This document shows, in pieces, positions 24,431-35,948 of a DNA stretch of 64,000 bases. The stretch's first letter is position 1, and each line of letters begins with the position of its first letter. The translations under genes and the position numbers were made by a program. This DNA is from Callorhinchus milii (lineage: Eukaryota). The stretch covers positions 32,366,001 to 32,430,000 of the forward strand of contig NW_024704742.1 in the NCBI RefSeq assembly GCF_018977255.1, read 5' to 3'. The notes beneath the pieces are model-generated. The model was not told the DNA's origin. It saw only the letters and a list, made by a program, of their open reading frames with translations, and searched no databases.

Positions 24431-24624
24431 ATGTACCTGGAGTTTGTGGTGATGACTGCCATACTATTCCCCACATTCATGGGTAGGGCTGCAGATTTTT
24501 CACAGCATTTTTTCAAAATAAAAAATCACAGAAACTAAGTGAGTTTTGGCACCCCCATTTAAGTCATGCTATAAGGTTCAATGCACTTTACTGAAGAACA
24601 TCATTCCTTTCAGAATTAACTCAC

Positions 24625-24713
24625 TTGGTTGGATTCTTATCAACTCTGCCCTGAATAGTGATTATCCGTCCAGAACTTAGTCCATCCTTCAGTTTACCCA
24701 TGTAAGGAACCAT
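24625..24713 (-). CDS. LGALS8: Galectin-8 exon starting the C-CRD
   Basis: tttag|ATG..AA|gtgagt; MVPYMGKLKDGLSSGRIITIQGRVDKNPT; 89 nt; phase fits next exon. Confidence 0.93.
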
Positions 24714-26112
24714 CTAAATAAAACCAAAGACATAGGTAGTCATCAAATATGAAATTATGGTTTATCTCTAGATTATGGGTTAGCAGCAAGTGTTCAACTG
24801 TTGACAATAAAAAATTGAAGCTTTTAATCAGAACATTGCAATTTGGATTTTTTTTTAACCTGGATGCCAAAGTTCTCATTGACCAAGCACTGATAATGGT
24901 TTTAATATATTCTACCTCTAGTTTGAATTAGTGATACTATTTATAAATGGAGTAGGGTTACATTTTACAGGATGCTATTTTGTTGATGCTGGAGTAGCTA
25001 TTAGTGTAAAATTAGTATTTGGTAAGTATCACGGTAGATGAACTGAAAATATCCAGAATCAATTAATTGGAGGATTTGATCAAAGATTTATTGTCTGAAG
25101 ACCCAATAGTGTTTCCTTGAAAGAAGTGCCATGGAAGTCACATCCTGCCCTAATAGAAAGTGACTTCGGTGGTGACCTGGTGACTCAGCCATTTTCTTCA
25201 GTGTCCCTAGTCTGGACAAGAAAATTGAACTTTGGGTCTCCACGGGTGTCAGAGTCAGACAATTTTCAGGCCTTGCATATGGCACAACCTGCAAAATACT
25301 GGACCTAGCCCCCTATAATGGGCTCCCTGTATTTAATATTTAAGAACACATGTCCAAGATTTCTAATATAGTGGAGTTTTGTGCTCATTTCTTCCCAACA
25401 GTTCACCTATTCACATATTGTGGGATGCAGTCCACAGGCAGTAGGTATCCCATCAACTCACTGAAGTGGCCATTCTGTCTACAAAAGTCTGGACGGTCCC
25501 TTCTAGAAAGCTGTTTGACATACAGGAATTATTACAGTTGAATTTATTTCTGTCTACACCCAAACATCGATGCACACATACAATCAGAATTGGAAACCCA
25601 TGGTTCAGACTGGAAACTGGAGGCTCACTTCTTTCTTGGTGGAGTCAGTCAGCACAGGCCAGTCTCAGGTCACAGCACCAACAACTGTTTCTCACATTTG
25701 CTGTAGTTTGGCAGATGATTTCAACAAAAGAAACTCTGTGCAGTACAGATTGAGCAGCAAACGCTGTAAAACTATAGCAAATGACTACAAGACGTGTTGG
25801 GAGCAGAGGCGACAAGATGAATCATCACCTTGTTTCCCCCATTGAATTGACCAGGATCAGGCCACCATCCTCTAGGCCACATATTTCTGAAACACCTTTT
25901 TACATACAAAGGTGTTTAGTTTTCTCTGGCTTCTACCAGATTACAGTTCCAGAGTCCACCAGTACTTTATCCAAGTGCCCATTCTTCACATTCAAGCCTA
26001 ATCTAGCCAGCAAACTTGATATTAGACATGCTTCCTTTAAGCAGAATTAGCTGTATTCAGAACAAATGCATTTGACAGTCTCTGAGGATCATACAGTAAA
26101 TAAAGCACTTAC

Positions 26113-26139
26113 CAGTGGGCTGTTGATTCTCTTCACTTG
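26113..26139 (-). CDS. LGALS8: Galectin-8 27-nt linker micro-exon
   Basis: Strong sites ttttgtgttacag|CAA..CTG|gtaagt; QVKRINSPL; phase 0-0; same length as the short linker exon I recall for mammalian LGALS8. Confidence 0.8.
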
Positions 26140-26409
26140 CTGTAACACAAAACAAATACCAATAAACCCAGTCTATGATACTGTAATGGCAGCAGAACAC
26201 TTGCAAATAATTGTAAAGTACAATTTCTTAAACTTACACTATTGTCACCATCAGCTCTCTTTATAGGTAGGTTGGAATATGGGTTTTCCTGCTCCTAAGG
26301 ATAGGTTGCACAGAAAAGATTTGTTGCTTGTTATTGCTGAATAATTCACAATTGTATTTCTGTTGCATGGAAACAGTACACCTTAGGTTTTTTAGGATGA
26401 TACCAGAAC

Positions 26410-26850
26410 TGGGAGGTTATCTCTATCAAAATAGCCTGATTAGGTGAGGACTTTATTCACTAGAGAAGACATGTTTAAGAGGGGACCTAATAGAGGTGTT
26501 TAAAATTATAAAAGGATTTTATGAGGTTAACATAAAAAGGTTGTTTCCACTGGTTAGGTAGCCCGTAACCAGAGGACACAAGTATAAAATTGAGACCAGG
26601 AGATCTAAAAAGGATTTAGGGGGAACTATCTCATGCAGATGGTAGTGAGGTTATGGAACTTGCTGCTGGAAGTGGTTGAATTGGATAGTGGAGATCAAAT
26701 TAAGAGGAAGCTAGACATCCACATGAGGGAGGGGAATGGAAGGGTATGGGAGAGAGTAAGGAATAAGGGAAGACTCATGTGATGTGAACACCGGCAGGGA
26801 TTGGATAGGCCAAATGATCTGTTTCAGTGCTGAACATTCTTTGTAAATCT
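26410..26850 (+). mobile_element. CR1 3' fragment
   Basis: TTAAGAGGGGACCTAATAGAGGTGTTTAAAATT (LRGDLIEVFKI). Confidence 0.85.
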
Positions 26851-26888
26851 TTGTTCATTAGTAAACACAATATCCACATTTAATGCAC

Positions 26889-26918
26889 ATTTTCTTTAGT
26901 AATTTGAAATCCTTCCTC
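26889..26918 (-). CDS. LGALS8: Possible 30-nt galectin-8 linker exon
   Basis: atccag|EEGFQITKEN|gtgcat; phase 0-0; ends like the mammalian linker (..ISREN), but the donor is weak. Confidence 0.35.
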
Positions 26919-27231
26919 CTGGATACTTTTGTTTTAAAAAAGGCAATGAGGTAAAGACCATGTAACCCTGATGCTACACAACGAGTGTGATTAGGTTATG
27001 TGTGATGCCACAAAGTGTGTGGCATCAGCAATAGATGGCATCACATTGCTCATAGTAGGTCTGTTTGACCGGAGGTATACAAGTCAGTGCCTTTAAGGGA
27101 ACAAATTGTTAGCTACATTCATATCACGGAATGTACAGAAACAATTTATTGAGTTAGCGGTGACTGCTCTTGTGCTTTCAATCAACTATCAGGTACCTTC
27201 TCTTCTTTTGGCTTAAGTTACTTCTACTTAC

Positions 27232-27351
27232 AGAAGTGCCCAAGAAGGCAATGTTCTGAATGTGGACGGTACCATAAATTCCAAGTGTATCAACTCTATT
27301 CACACTTATTCTATGCTGGTACTCCAGGAAATGTTTTCCATTCACCGCAAC
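27232..27351 (-). CDS. LGALS8: Galectin-8 N-CRD end exon
   Basis: ctccag|GTT..TCT|gtaagt; [40 protein letters not shown]; 120 nt. Confidence 0.95.
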
Positions 27352-28036
27352 CTGGAGGATAAAACAAACAGAGCAGGTCGGCGTGGAGAATGCAGTTTAA
27401 GTAAAAATGCCAGATTATGTCTATACATTATACTTTTCCACATAGAAAATGTGAAAAGCTACATTCAATGACCCCTTCTGCACCCCTTCGAAACCGTCAT
27501 CAGAGAGCAGGTCTGTCCCACACAGCTTCTGGCCTCAGTATTTTGTCTTGCCAATTCTAGAGAATTTCTTTTTGCAATCAGTTTTCTCCCTGGGCCATCT
27601 ACCAACTGTAGGAAGTGTGTTCCAACAGTATTGCTCCTCATTCAGACATCAAAAGGTACCTGACAGCAGCTCAACAAAGCTCAGGGAAGTGCCAAGCCTC
27701 TACAGTAGTTCAGCTGAAAAATAAAACAAAGAATATACTTTGCCTTACATTAGGGACAATATGCTCCAACGCAGATTAAGGGGATAGGGAGGAGTATCAT
27801 CCATTTTTTATACTCCACCCAGATGGAAAGAAAATAATCAATATTGTCCAACAAAAACTTAGAAAACATAAAAAATTGATTTCCACATTCCCCAGATATA
27901 AAGTGATGCAATACCTTAGCTTATGGCGAGGCAGAAATATAACAGAGTTCTCTATTACAGCAAAACAATTCTCAGTTGAGTTGTTGGGGCCATACAAGAA
28001 TAAAATACGAAACCAACTCCAAAATATTGTCATTAC

Positions 28037-28247
28037 CTTGAATCGGTCAACCAGGACCAGGAAAATTATCTCAAATGGTTCTCCTTTCTTCAATGGCATC
28101 TCGTACTTTATCTCTTCCCGACCCCATTTTTCGTGCTCCAGAGTGTTACAAACCACGCAGCCAGATCTGCGGAAGCGTGGATTGAAGTGCAAGGCTACAT
28201 CGGCCCGAGGCTTCTCACTGCTTCCACACTGAAAGTCCACTTGAAAT
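28037..28247 (-). CDS. LGALS8: Galectin-8 N-CRD core exon
   Basis: acag|A..AAG|gtaatg; [51 protein letters not shown] is characteristic of galectin-8; 211 nt. Confidence 0.97.
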
Positions 28248-29089
28248 CTGTCCAACAGTTTAAATCAACAATGATAACTTGCACTAATGTTCGTCAAAGC
28301 CATGAATAGCTACTGCCTATGAATTGATTGGCAGTAGCTTGCTCACAACTGCACTGAGATTGTACTCAGGAAAATGTGGTTTCATAATGCATTGTTATCT
28401 TAAACTGAGATAAATGGCAGCTTTTTTTAAAGCACTTTCAATAGCTAATATTTTCTTTTTAAAAAAATCTTGGTACAAACTACCAGAACAGAAATCATTA
28501 TGCAAAGAATTAAAAATGCAAAATCAATTATGATAGAGTGAGAAACCAGAGGAGGAGTCAAACTGATCCACTCTTCCAGAGATAGATTAAAAAGGGAGGA
28601 ATAATTCCTAGTGTGAGAGAGTTGGTCTGGGATTAAATATCTGGGTTAAGAATGGAACAATTGTTTTTAAAAAAAATTTACGTTAAGGTAGAAATTTTCC
28701 AACACAAGAATATGGCAAGTGTCAAATTCAAAAAGGTCATCAAAATACAAATGTACTCAATACTCCTAATGCACCAGATAACTATCTCTCGACTTTACCC
28801 TTCAGCAGGTAAGCCTACAAACGCAAGGATTATTATTTTATTGCTTTAAAATCGGCTAACTTTGCACTCAAAAACATGCCATTGAACAAATAAATAAAAT
28901 GGCTACTCAAATGTATGTTGCTTTAAACAGAAAGCATTGAAGGGTCTGAAATCTCGATAAACAAATGGCATAAAAACATTATGAAGATAAGTGGTTCAAT
29001 TGACTGCAGACTAAATACAGTGAAGCTCACTGAGGCGGTGTACAAAATGTTACATCTATGTCATAATTGGTCCCTGCAATGTCTGTAAG

Positions 29090-30018
29090 TTTGCCAATCT
29101 ATCCTCATTTGCTGAAGGCAGATGTCTATCAAATAGCTGAGGAAACTCTGAGGCTTGGGATACCAGCTACTGGAAGGTGTTATCTGGAGTCAGGGTTTAT
29201 GAACACGTTGCTCACATATCCAGTGCTCGGTATCCATCTTCATTGGTATATAGTGAGGTAAGCAGCTGCTGCTCAAGCTCCACACCTCCCAACTGATACA
29301 ACCATGGCTCAATAGGTAGAGATGTGTGGGCGAGTGGTAGGCAGGAGGATGGTGGCAATGCTCACAGATTTCATGCTGAGTTGTGCTTGAGTTCCTGATA
29401 CTTGCTATCTATCTTGTGAAGATTGAAACCTAATTTGTTGGATGTTAAATTCCTATCTGACGAGGGAGATAAGTGGGGTCTCCTTGGAACTGATCTGGTC
29501 CAGGTTGACACTCCAGGCTGGTTCATAATATTTAAGGGCACTACTGGTGGCAGGCCAGCCAATCTGGTTTGTTGGCAGGACTTGGTGCAGACAAAATGCA
29601 AGGATTCTTCGCAGTCAGATCCTCTTAACCCAAGCAATAATAGGTAGACAAGCATTGGGAAGCTTGGCAAACCGTACTCTCAGGAGTAACCTATCAGGTT
29701 TTAGCTGATTAAATTCCAGCAGTACCCCAATGTTCAATCTGGCGTCATCAAGGTTGGCTCTTACTAACCTGCACCTAATACTTTCTGGAATTAGGTTAAG
29801 CAGGATGCATCCTTCCAGGCAGAGAAACTACATTAAGAGATCCGAGACACAGTCCGTCGTGAAGGGCCTTATGTAAATGCAAATTGTTGTTGTTACATTC
29901 CAGACACAGAGAAATTTCCAATGTGTTGATGGGATACATATGTGGAATTCTCAGTCTGATTTGGATCCTCTTAAGCATGGCGATGGGATTCTGCATGTAT
30001 CAGGCTGACCAAAAAGAA
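29090..30018 (+). mobile_element. Same third family, 3' portion with A-rich tail
   Basis: Shares GATGAGGAAACTCTGAGGCTT-like, TTTCATGCTGAG, CAGCCAATCTGG and CTCTTAAGCATGGCGAT..GCTGACCAAAAA. Confidence 0.75.
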
Positions 30019-30847
30019 AATAAATCTCATCAAAATCAAGTCTAAAATCTAAATTGTAAAGTCCTCATTGCTGCCCATCTGAGAACTTGCTCCTCTGTGA
30101 GGTTTGGTCTGCACTCGGCAATTGCTTGATCTACCAGAACCATTAGAGTAAAAAAATGTTAGCCCTATATTGTCCAGATCTATGCAAAACTCTGGCACAG
30201 GTCTCAGCATGAGTAAGACAAAATGGAAACTTCAGAAACAAATTACTCGGTCTCATTCACAATTCTTTGCTATTTTCTTTCCCTACCGTAACAGCTGCTG
30301 ATCAATGATTAATGTCCAGCTGACTCCATAATAATAGAGTAATATAATATGGAGAATAATAAACCTTCTTCAATGTAGAAAAATAGCTCAATCAATCCCT
30401 TGGCTTTGGTTAAAAAATGACAAGCAATGATATGTGTCAGTTATCTCATCATAGACACCAGCTGGTCACTTTCCTGTCCTCAGTGTTACTTTTTATTTAT
30501 TCTCAGCTGCCTACTCTCTGTGGGACAATGAACCACTAAAGCTGCATTTCAGGCACCAGCTGATTCCAACTCACAGACAGTAACTGCTGTTTCAATAATA
30601 AAAATAAAAAATAAAATTATCTTTGCATTGATATAGTCCCTTCCACATCATTAGAATGTCTCAAGGCACTTCACACGATACACTATAAACTGTAATGACT
30701 GTATTTTGTAGGCGAACACAGAAGCCAAATAGCACACAGCAATAAAATATGTGAAACAATCCTAAGCAACCCAACACTGTACAGTGAGTTTGGTATTAAG
30801 ATGCAAAAGACTTCAAATAAAATACGTGCAGTGATTAATTATCTTAC

Positions 30848-30936
30848 CTCTCAGAGTTCTTGGGTATCACTCCCTGCACTGCTACCATTTGCCCACGAAG
30901 CAGGCCACCAAAGATAGCTCCAGTGTATGGTATCAC
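30848..30936 (-). CDS. LGALS8: Galectin-8 exon starting the N-CRD
   Basis: aatag|GTG..AG|gtaag; VIPYTGAIFGGLLRGQMVAVQGVIPKNSE(R); 89 nt. Confidence 0.94.
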
Positions 30937-31459
30937 CTATTAAAAAAATACACAATACATCAACACGACAGAAAGTGTAACATAACCCGAAAATCTTACA
31001 AGAGAAAAATAATTTCAGCTACTTTGAGACATCCTGCTGACATATCAAATCAACAGATTGTTATTTCAAAGAAAAAATTAACCTCCAAGTTACGTATTGG
31101 GTTTTCTTTTTTAAGATGTGCGTCTTACACTTGGCAGAACCCCTCCCAACAGCCCCCCACCCCACCCCCACCCCCTCCACACCCGAACCAGCAACCCCCC
31201 GAATTGGAAGTTCGCATATCACTTGCAATCCCAAAGCCTTTTCGGGGCCACTGCACCCCTGGTATTCACACATAACCGCTGATAGTTTACAGATGAAACC
31301 TTCCCCTTCGTCATCAAGTTAGTTACTTAAGTGTCAGAATGGCTCATGTTTGTTGTTCGTGATAGGAGTGAAGGAGCTATTTGTCACTGGTTGGCCAGTC
31401 AATGCTCTCAATGTCAAACAAAACGATTTTAGCCAGTTAAACTCCAGCAGTACCTCAAC

Positions 31460-32305
31460 ACACAACAACAAAATTACATTTGTAAAGCGCCTTCCACATC
31501 GGGAGGACGTCCCAAGGTGCCAGACAGACAGAGTTACGGACCAGAGCTCGGGGTCGGGGAGGATAGAGGGCAGGGGGGGGGGAAGCAGGGAGATCAAAAG
31601 CACGGTCGAACAGGAGGGTCTTGAGATGGGTCTTGAAGCTGGCAAGGGAGGGGGCGAGGCAGAGGGATGTGGATGGAGTTCCAGAGGATGGGAGCAGAGT
31701 GGAAGAAGGCCCACCCGTGAGAGAGGCGGGGGACGTGATGCAGGCTGGAGCACGCTGAGCGGAGGGAGCGAGCAGGATGGTAGCGGGTTAGGAGGTCGCA
31801 TAGGTAGGGGGGAGCAAGACCATGGAGGGCTTTGAAGGTGAGGACCAGGATCTTGAACTGTGTCCTCTGTGTGATGAGAAGCCAGTGGAGTTGGGCGAGG
31901 ATGAGGGTGATAGGGTCGCGGAGCCTAATGCAGGAGAGGATACAAGGTTAAGGTGAGAGGAGAGGTGGTGGCAGCAGAGAGGTCAAGGAGGACAAGGAGG
32001 CAGAGAGAGCCCCGGTCACAGATGGACAGAATGTCATTTGTCACTTTGACCAGGGCTGCTTCTTGCTGAGGGCGGCACAGAAACCCGATTGGAGAGGTTC
32101 GAGAAGGCAGTGGTGGGAGAGAAAGGAGCGAAGCTGAGAAGCAACAACTCGTTCCAGGACCTTGGAGAGGAAACTGAGGTTGGAGATGGGGCGGTAGTTC
32201 GGGAGCAGAGCTGGGTCCAGTGAGGGATTTTTAAGGACAGGAGTGATGACGGCAGTTTTTAATGGGGTGGGAACAGGACCAGAGGACAGGGAGAGGTTTA
32301 GCACA
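31460..32305 (-). mobile_element. Internally deleted L2
   Basis: NYRPISNLSFLSKVLERVVASQL...PLQSGF RT motif joined directly to the 3' end. Confidence 0.9.
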
Positions 32306-32789
32306 CTCTGGGGTCTGCATGCCTTGACTCTTGCCCAACCTATACTCTCCAGCATAAAGTAAGCAGGTTGCATTCCTCCAGGGAGGAATTGCATTTCATC
32401 CCGAACACAGGGAAATTTCCAAATGTAGGTGAAGTACAGATGTGGAACTCTCAGTCTGGTTTGGATACTTTTAAACGTGGGGATGGGTTTTCGTATGTGT
32501 GAGACACCCGGCTGACCAAAAAAAAGCCTTTTGGAGTTATGCAATTGAAATGTTTATGCTATTCTCTGCCTATCTTTAACTCAGGCGGCAAATTTAAATC
32601 TTATCAACAAATTTTCATTGAATTTACCCAGGGGTTTTGATGTTGATCGTTTTTCCCCTTCAGTTTTTTCCCTTTTCTGATGCAAAATTGGACCTTTAAA
32701 AATCTCTTCTCCTGGGGCTTTTATTTTGTGGCTCAAAAAAAACACTAACAGTGCTTCTAAATAATAATAATGCTTGCATATGTTATACC

Positions 32790-33572
32790 TCCCTTTCCTT
32801 TCCAATGTCTTTGAACGAGTCTTTGCTTCCCAGCTTCGCTCCTTCCTTTCCCGCCACTCCCTTCACGAACCCCTCCAATTGGGTTTCCAGGCCGCCCACA
32901 GCACAGAAACAGCCCTGGTCAAACTGCCAAACTCCCTCTGCCTCCTCGTCCTCCTTGACCTCTCTACTGCCTTTAATACCATTGACCACTCTATCCTCTT
33001 CCACCTCCTCTCCTTTCACCTCAACCTTCATGGTTCTGAGTGGACTACTCAAACGCCCTCCTCGCCGGTCTCCCCTCCTCCACTATTCACGAAATTCAAC
33101 TCATCCAAAACTCTGCCATCCGTAAACGCACCCGCACCAAACTCCGTACCCCGATTACCCCAGTCCTTGCCAAACTCCACTGGCTCCCTGTCACAGAGCG
33201 GATCGACTTCAAGACCCTCACTCTCGTGTTTAAATCCCTCCATTCCCTATCTCTCCGACTTCCTCTCTCCTCACAGCAGTACCCGCTGCCTCTGCTCTAC
33301 TGGCTCCGGCCTCCTCCTCGTCCCTTGAATCCTCTGCTCCACCATTGGCGGCCATGCCTTCAGCCACGATGCCCCGCAGCCATGGAAGTCCCTCCCTCAA
33401 CCCCATCGCCTTGCCCCCTCTCTCCTCATTTTCAGGTTGCGCCTGAAGACCTTTCTCTTCGACTGTGCCTACGGTCACCTTCTCCCTCCCCAGGCTCGGC
33501 ATCGGGCTCCACCATTGCTCTGGGACTCCGCCCGGCGGGGAGGGCGCTGAGTAAACGCAAGTTGTTGTTGTT
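32790..33572 (+). mobile_element. Internally deleted L2
   Basis: ERVFASQL..HSTETALVK..LLVLLDLSTAFNTIDH joined to DYSNALLAGLP..LHWLPV and a (TTG)n tail. Confidence 0.9.
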
Positions 33573-33692
33573 GTCCTATCAACTAAGCCACAGAATGACA
33601 AGTCACTGCCTTACAACTCGGTCCAGTCTTACATCAAAACACAGTTTTACACCAAGTGTAACAATATTAAGTGACAGTATTCGGGTCCTTAC

Positions 33693-33719
33693 CGGGTTGG
33701 ACACCGTCTGATTGGACAT
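33693..33719 (-). CDS. LGALS8: Galectin-8 first coding segment (exon 33736-33693 including 17 nt of 5'UTR)
   Basis: tttgcag|tggggctcagcctcgacATG; MSNQTVSNP|gtaagg, joining NP|VIPY as in galectin-8. Confidence 0.85.
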
Positions 33720-33822
33720 GTCGAGGCTGAGCCCCACTGCAAACAATCCGGGGGTGTGGGGGGGGAGAGACAGCCCACAACTGAGGACAAGGGATCGGGA
33801 CTGAGGACAGGGGATGGGAAAG

Positions 33823-34323
33823 AGAGTGAGGACACTGACAGAGAGAGTGAGGACACTGACAGAGAGTGAGGACACTGACAGTGACAGAGAGAGAGAGGAC
33901 ACTGACAGAGAGAGTGAGGACACTGACAGAGAGAGTGAGGACACTGACAGTGACAGAGAGAGAGAGGACAGTGACAGAGAGAGAGAGGACAGTGACAGTG
34001 ACAGTGACAGAGAGAGAGAGGACAGTGACAGAGAGAGAGAGGACAGTGACACTGACAGTGACAGAGAGAGAGAGGACAGTGACAGTGACAGTGACAGAGA
34101 GAGAGAGGACAGTGACAGTGACACTGACAGTGACAGAGAGAGAGAGGACAGTGACAGTGACACTGACAGTGACAGAGAGAGAGAGGACAGTGACAGTGAC
34201 ACTGACAGTGACAGAGAGAGAGAGGACAGTGACACTGACAGTGACAGAGAGAGAGAGGACAGTGACAGTGACACTGACAGTGACAGAGAGAGAGAGGACA
34301 GTGACACTGACAGTGACAGAGAG
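33823..34323. repeat. Compound hexamer-based minisatellite (GACAGT/GACACT/GAGAGA)
   Basis: Visible tandem array; yields low-complexity ORFs in several frames. Confidence 0.97.
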
Positions 34324-34389
34324 CAGCAGTGCCCAGTGCCAGAGGGAGGGCTGTGTGTGGGTGTGGGGGAGGGGTGTGGGGGGGAACCT

Positions 34390-34520
34390 CAGGTCTCAAC
34401 GTCGCGCGCACAGAACGACGCGGATACCGTCACAATGATCCGCGGCCCCAATGAGGAGCCGCCGCGGCGGTGATGGACGTGTGAGGTCGGCTGTGGGCGG
34501 GGCTTGCGATCACGTGGGCC
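34390..34520 (-). promoter_or_regulatory. Small CpG-rich segment, probable LGALS8 promoter / non-coding first exon
   Basis: Dense CpG in an otherwise CpG-poor window; CCAAT 34448-34452, GC box GGGCGGGG 34495-34502, E-box CACGTG 34511-34516; ~0.7 kb upstream of the first coding exon. Confidence 0.7.
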
Positions 34521-34756
34521 CTGGGCACAGACTGGGTGGACCCTGTGCTCTGGGGGGAGATGAAGAGCTATAAGAGAGAGAGTGTGTGTGTAAATGTGTA
34601 TGTGCCACTTTTGCTCAATTTAGCCAGTCACCGTTTTGCAAGCAGAAAGGCTTCAGTGGCTGCAATACAATAAGGGTGTGCGCATCCAGGGAAAGGCTGG
34701 GAGATTTTTGCACTTTTTTTCCCCCCCTCGCACAAGCAGAATATTGTTTTTCGTCT

Positions 34757-35212
34757 GCTCCACGTCCCCCGCCCCAACCCCCCTACCACCGGTGGCCGGG
34801 GCTTCAGCCTCTCAGCCCCGAGGCTCTGGAACTCTATCCCCCAGTGCCTTCGCCGCCTCCTCCCTTTCCTCCTTCAAGGCCGGTCTCAAGGCCGGTCTCT
34901 TTGACCGTGCCTTCAGCTCCCCTCTCGACTCTCTAACCCCCCTCGCCCCCTCCCTTCCCTCCCCTCGCCCTGACCATTTCCCCCTCCTCGCCCCTCCCTT
35001 CCCTCCCCTCACCCTGACCATTTCCCCCCTCCTCGTTCCCTCCCTTCCCTCCCCTCGCCCTGACCATTTCCCCCCTCCTCGCCCCCTCCCTTCCCTCCCC
35101 TCACCCTGACCATTTCCCCCCAACACTCGGGTCCCGACCCAACTGTACAGCGCCTTGGGACGTCCTCCTGACGTGAAAGGCGCTCTATAAATGAAATCTT
35201 GTTGTTGTTGTT
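34757..35212 (+). mobile_element. Young L2 3' end with an internal ~45-bp tandem array (x4)
   Basis: Nearly identical to the 3' end of 5707-6590 apart from repeated CCTTCCCTCCCCTCRCCCTGACCATTTCCCC units. Confidence 0.92.
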
Positions 35213-35380
35213 GTGTGCACGTGTGGAGAGAGGTGACCTTGGCTGTGACACCTTCTTATCGTCGAGTGACCTGCTGACACTTATTGCCAAAGTACACACA
35301 TGAACAATAACTACTTGAGCAAAGTACCAGAGGGCAACGGGCTACTGTGGAACCACAGTCCAGCGAAGGCCAAGGCCAGA

Positions 35381-35870
35381 GAACATAAGAACATAAGAAT
35401 TAGGAGCAGCAGTAGGCCATTCAGCCCCTCTAGCCTGCCCCGCCATTCAATAAGATCATGGCTGATCTATTCTAACTCCACCTATCCGCCTTATCCCCAT
35501 ATCCCTTAATCCCTTTAACCACAAGAAATCTATCAATCTCAGTCTTGAACATGTTCAAGGACTGAGCATCTACAGCCCTTTGGGGTAGAGAATTCCATAA
35601 ATTCACTACCCTCTGAGTGAAGAAGTTTTTCTTCAACTCAGTGCGAAAGGGCTCACCCCTAATTTTAAAAGTGTGACCCCTGGTTATAGTTTCTCCAAAC
35701 AGGGGAAAAAGTCACCCACTATCTATTCTGTCGTGCCCCTTAATAATCTTATAGGTTTCTATAAGATCATCTCTCATTCTTCTATATTCTAGAGAATATA
35801 GGCCTAAATTGCTCAATCTATCCTCGTAACTCATCCCCCTCATCGCTGGCACCAACCTAGTGAATCTATG
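35381..35870 (-). mobile_element. CR1 3' end
   Basis: (AAGAACAT)n terminal repeat and CR1 3'UTR; matches 48810-48998 in reverse. Confidence 0.9.
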
Positions 35871-35948
35871 AGGGATATAATTAGAAAAAGATTTGGATGC
35901 ACTAAATTAATAACAAAATATGTAAGAAATGGAAAAGATTGTTTTATA

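Noticed and set aside
25580..26010. Possible long alternative linker exon of galectin-8
   Set aside because: Each AG..GT combination I tried on the minus strand had an in-frame stop or the wrong phase.
33603..34473. Four ORFs of 190-240 aa (SL-, CH-, DSDRE- and TV-rich)
   Set aside because: Artefacts of a stop-free hexamer minisatellite; open on both strands with no domain features.
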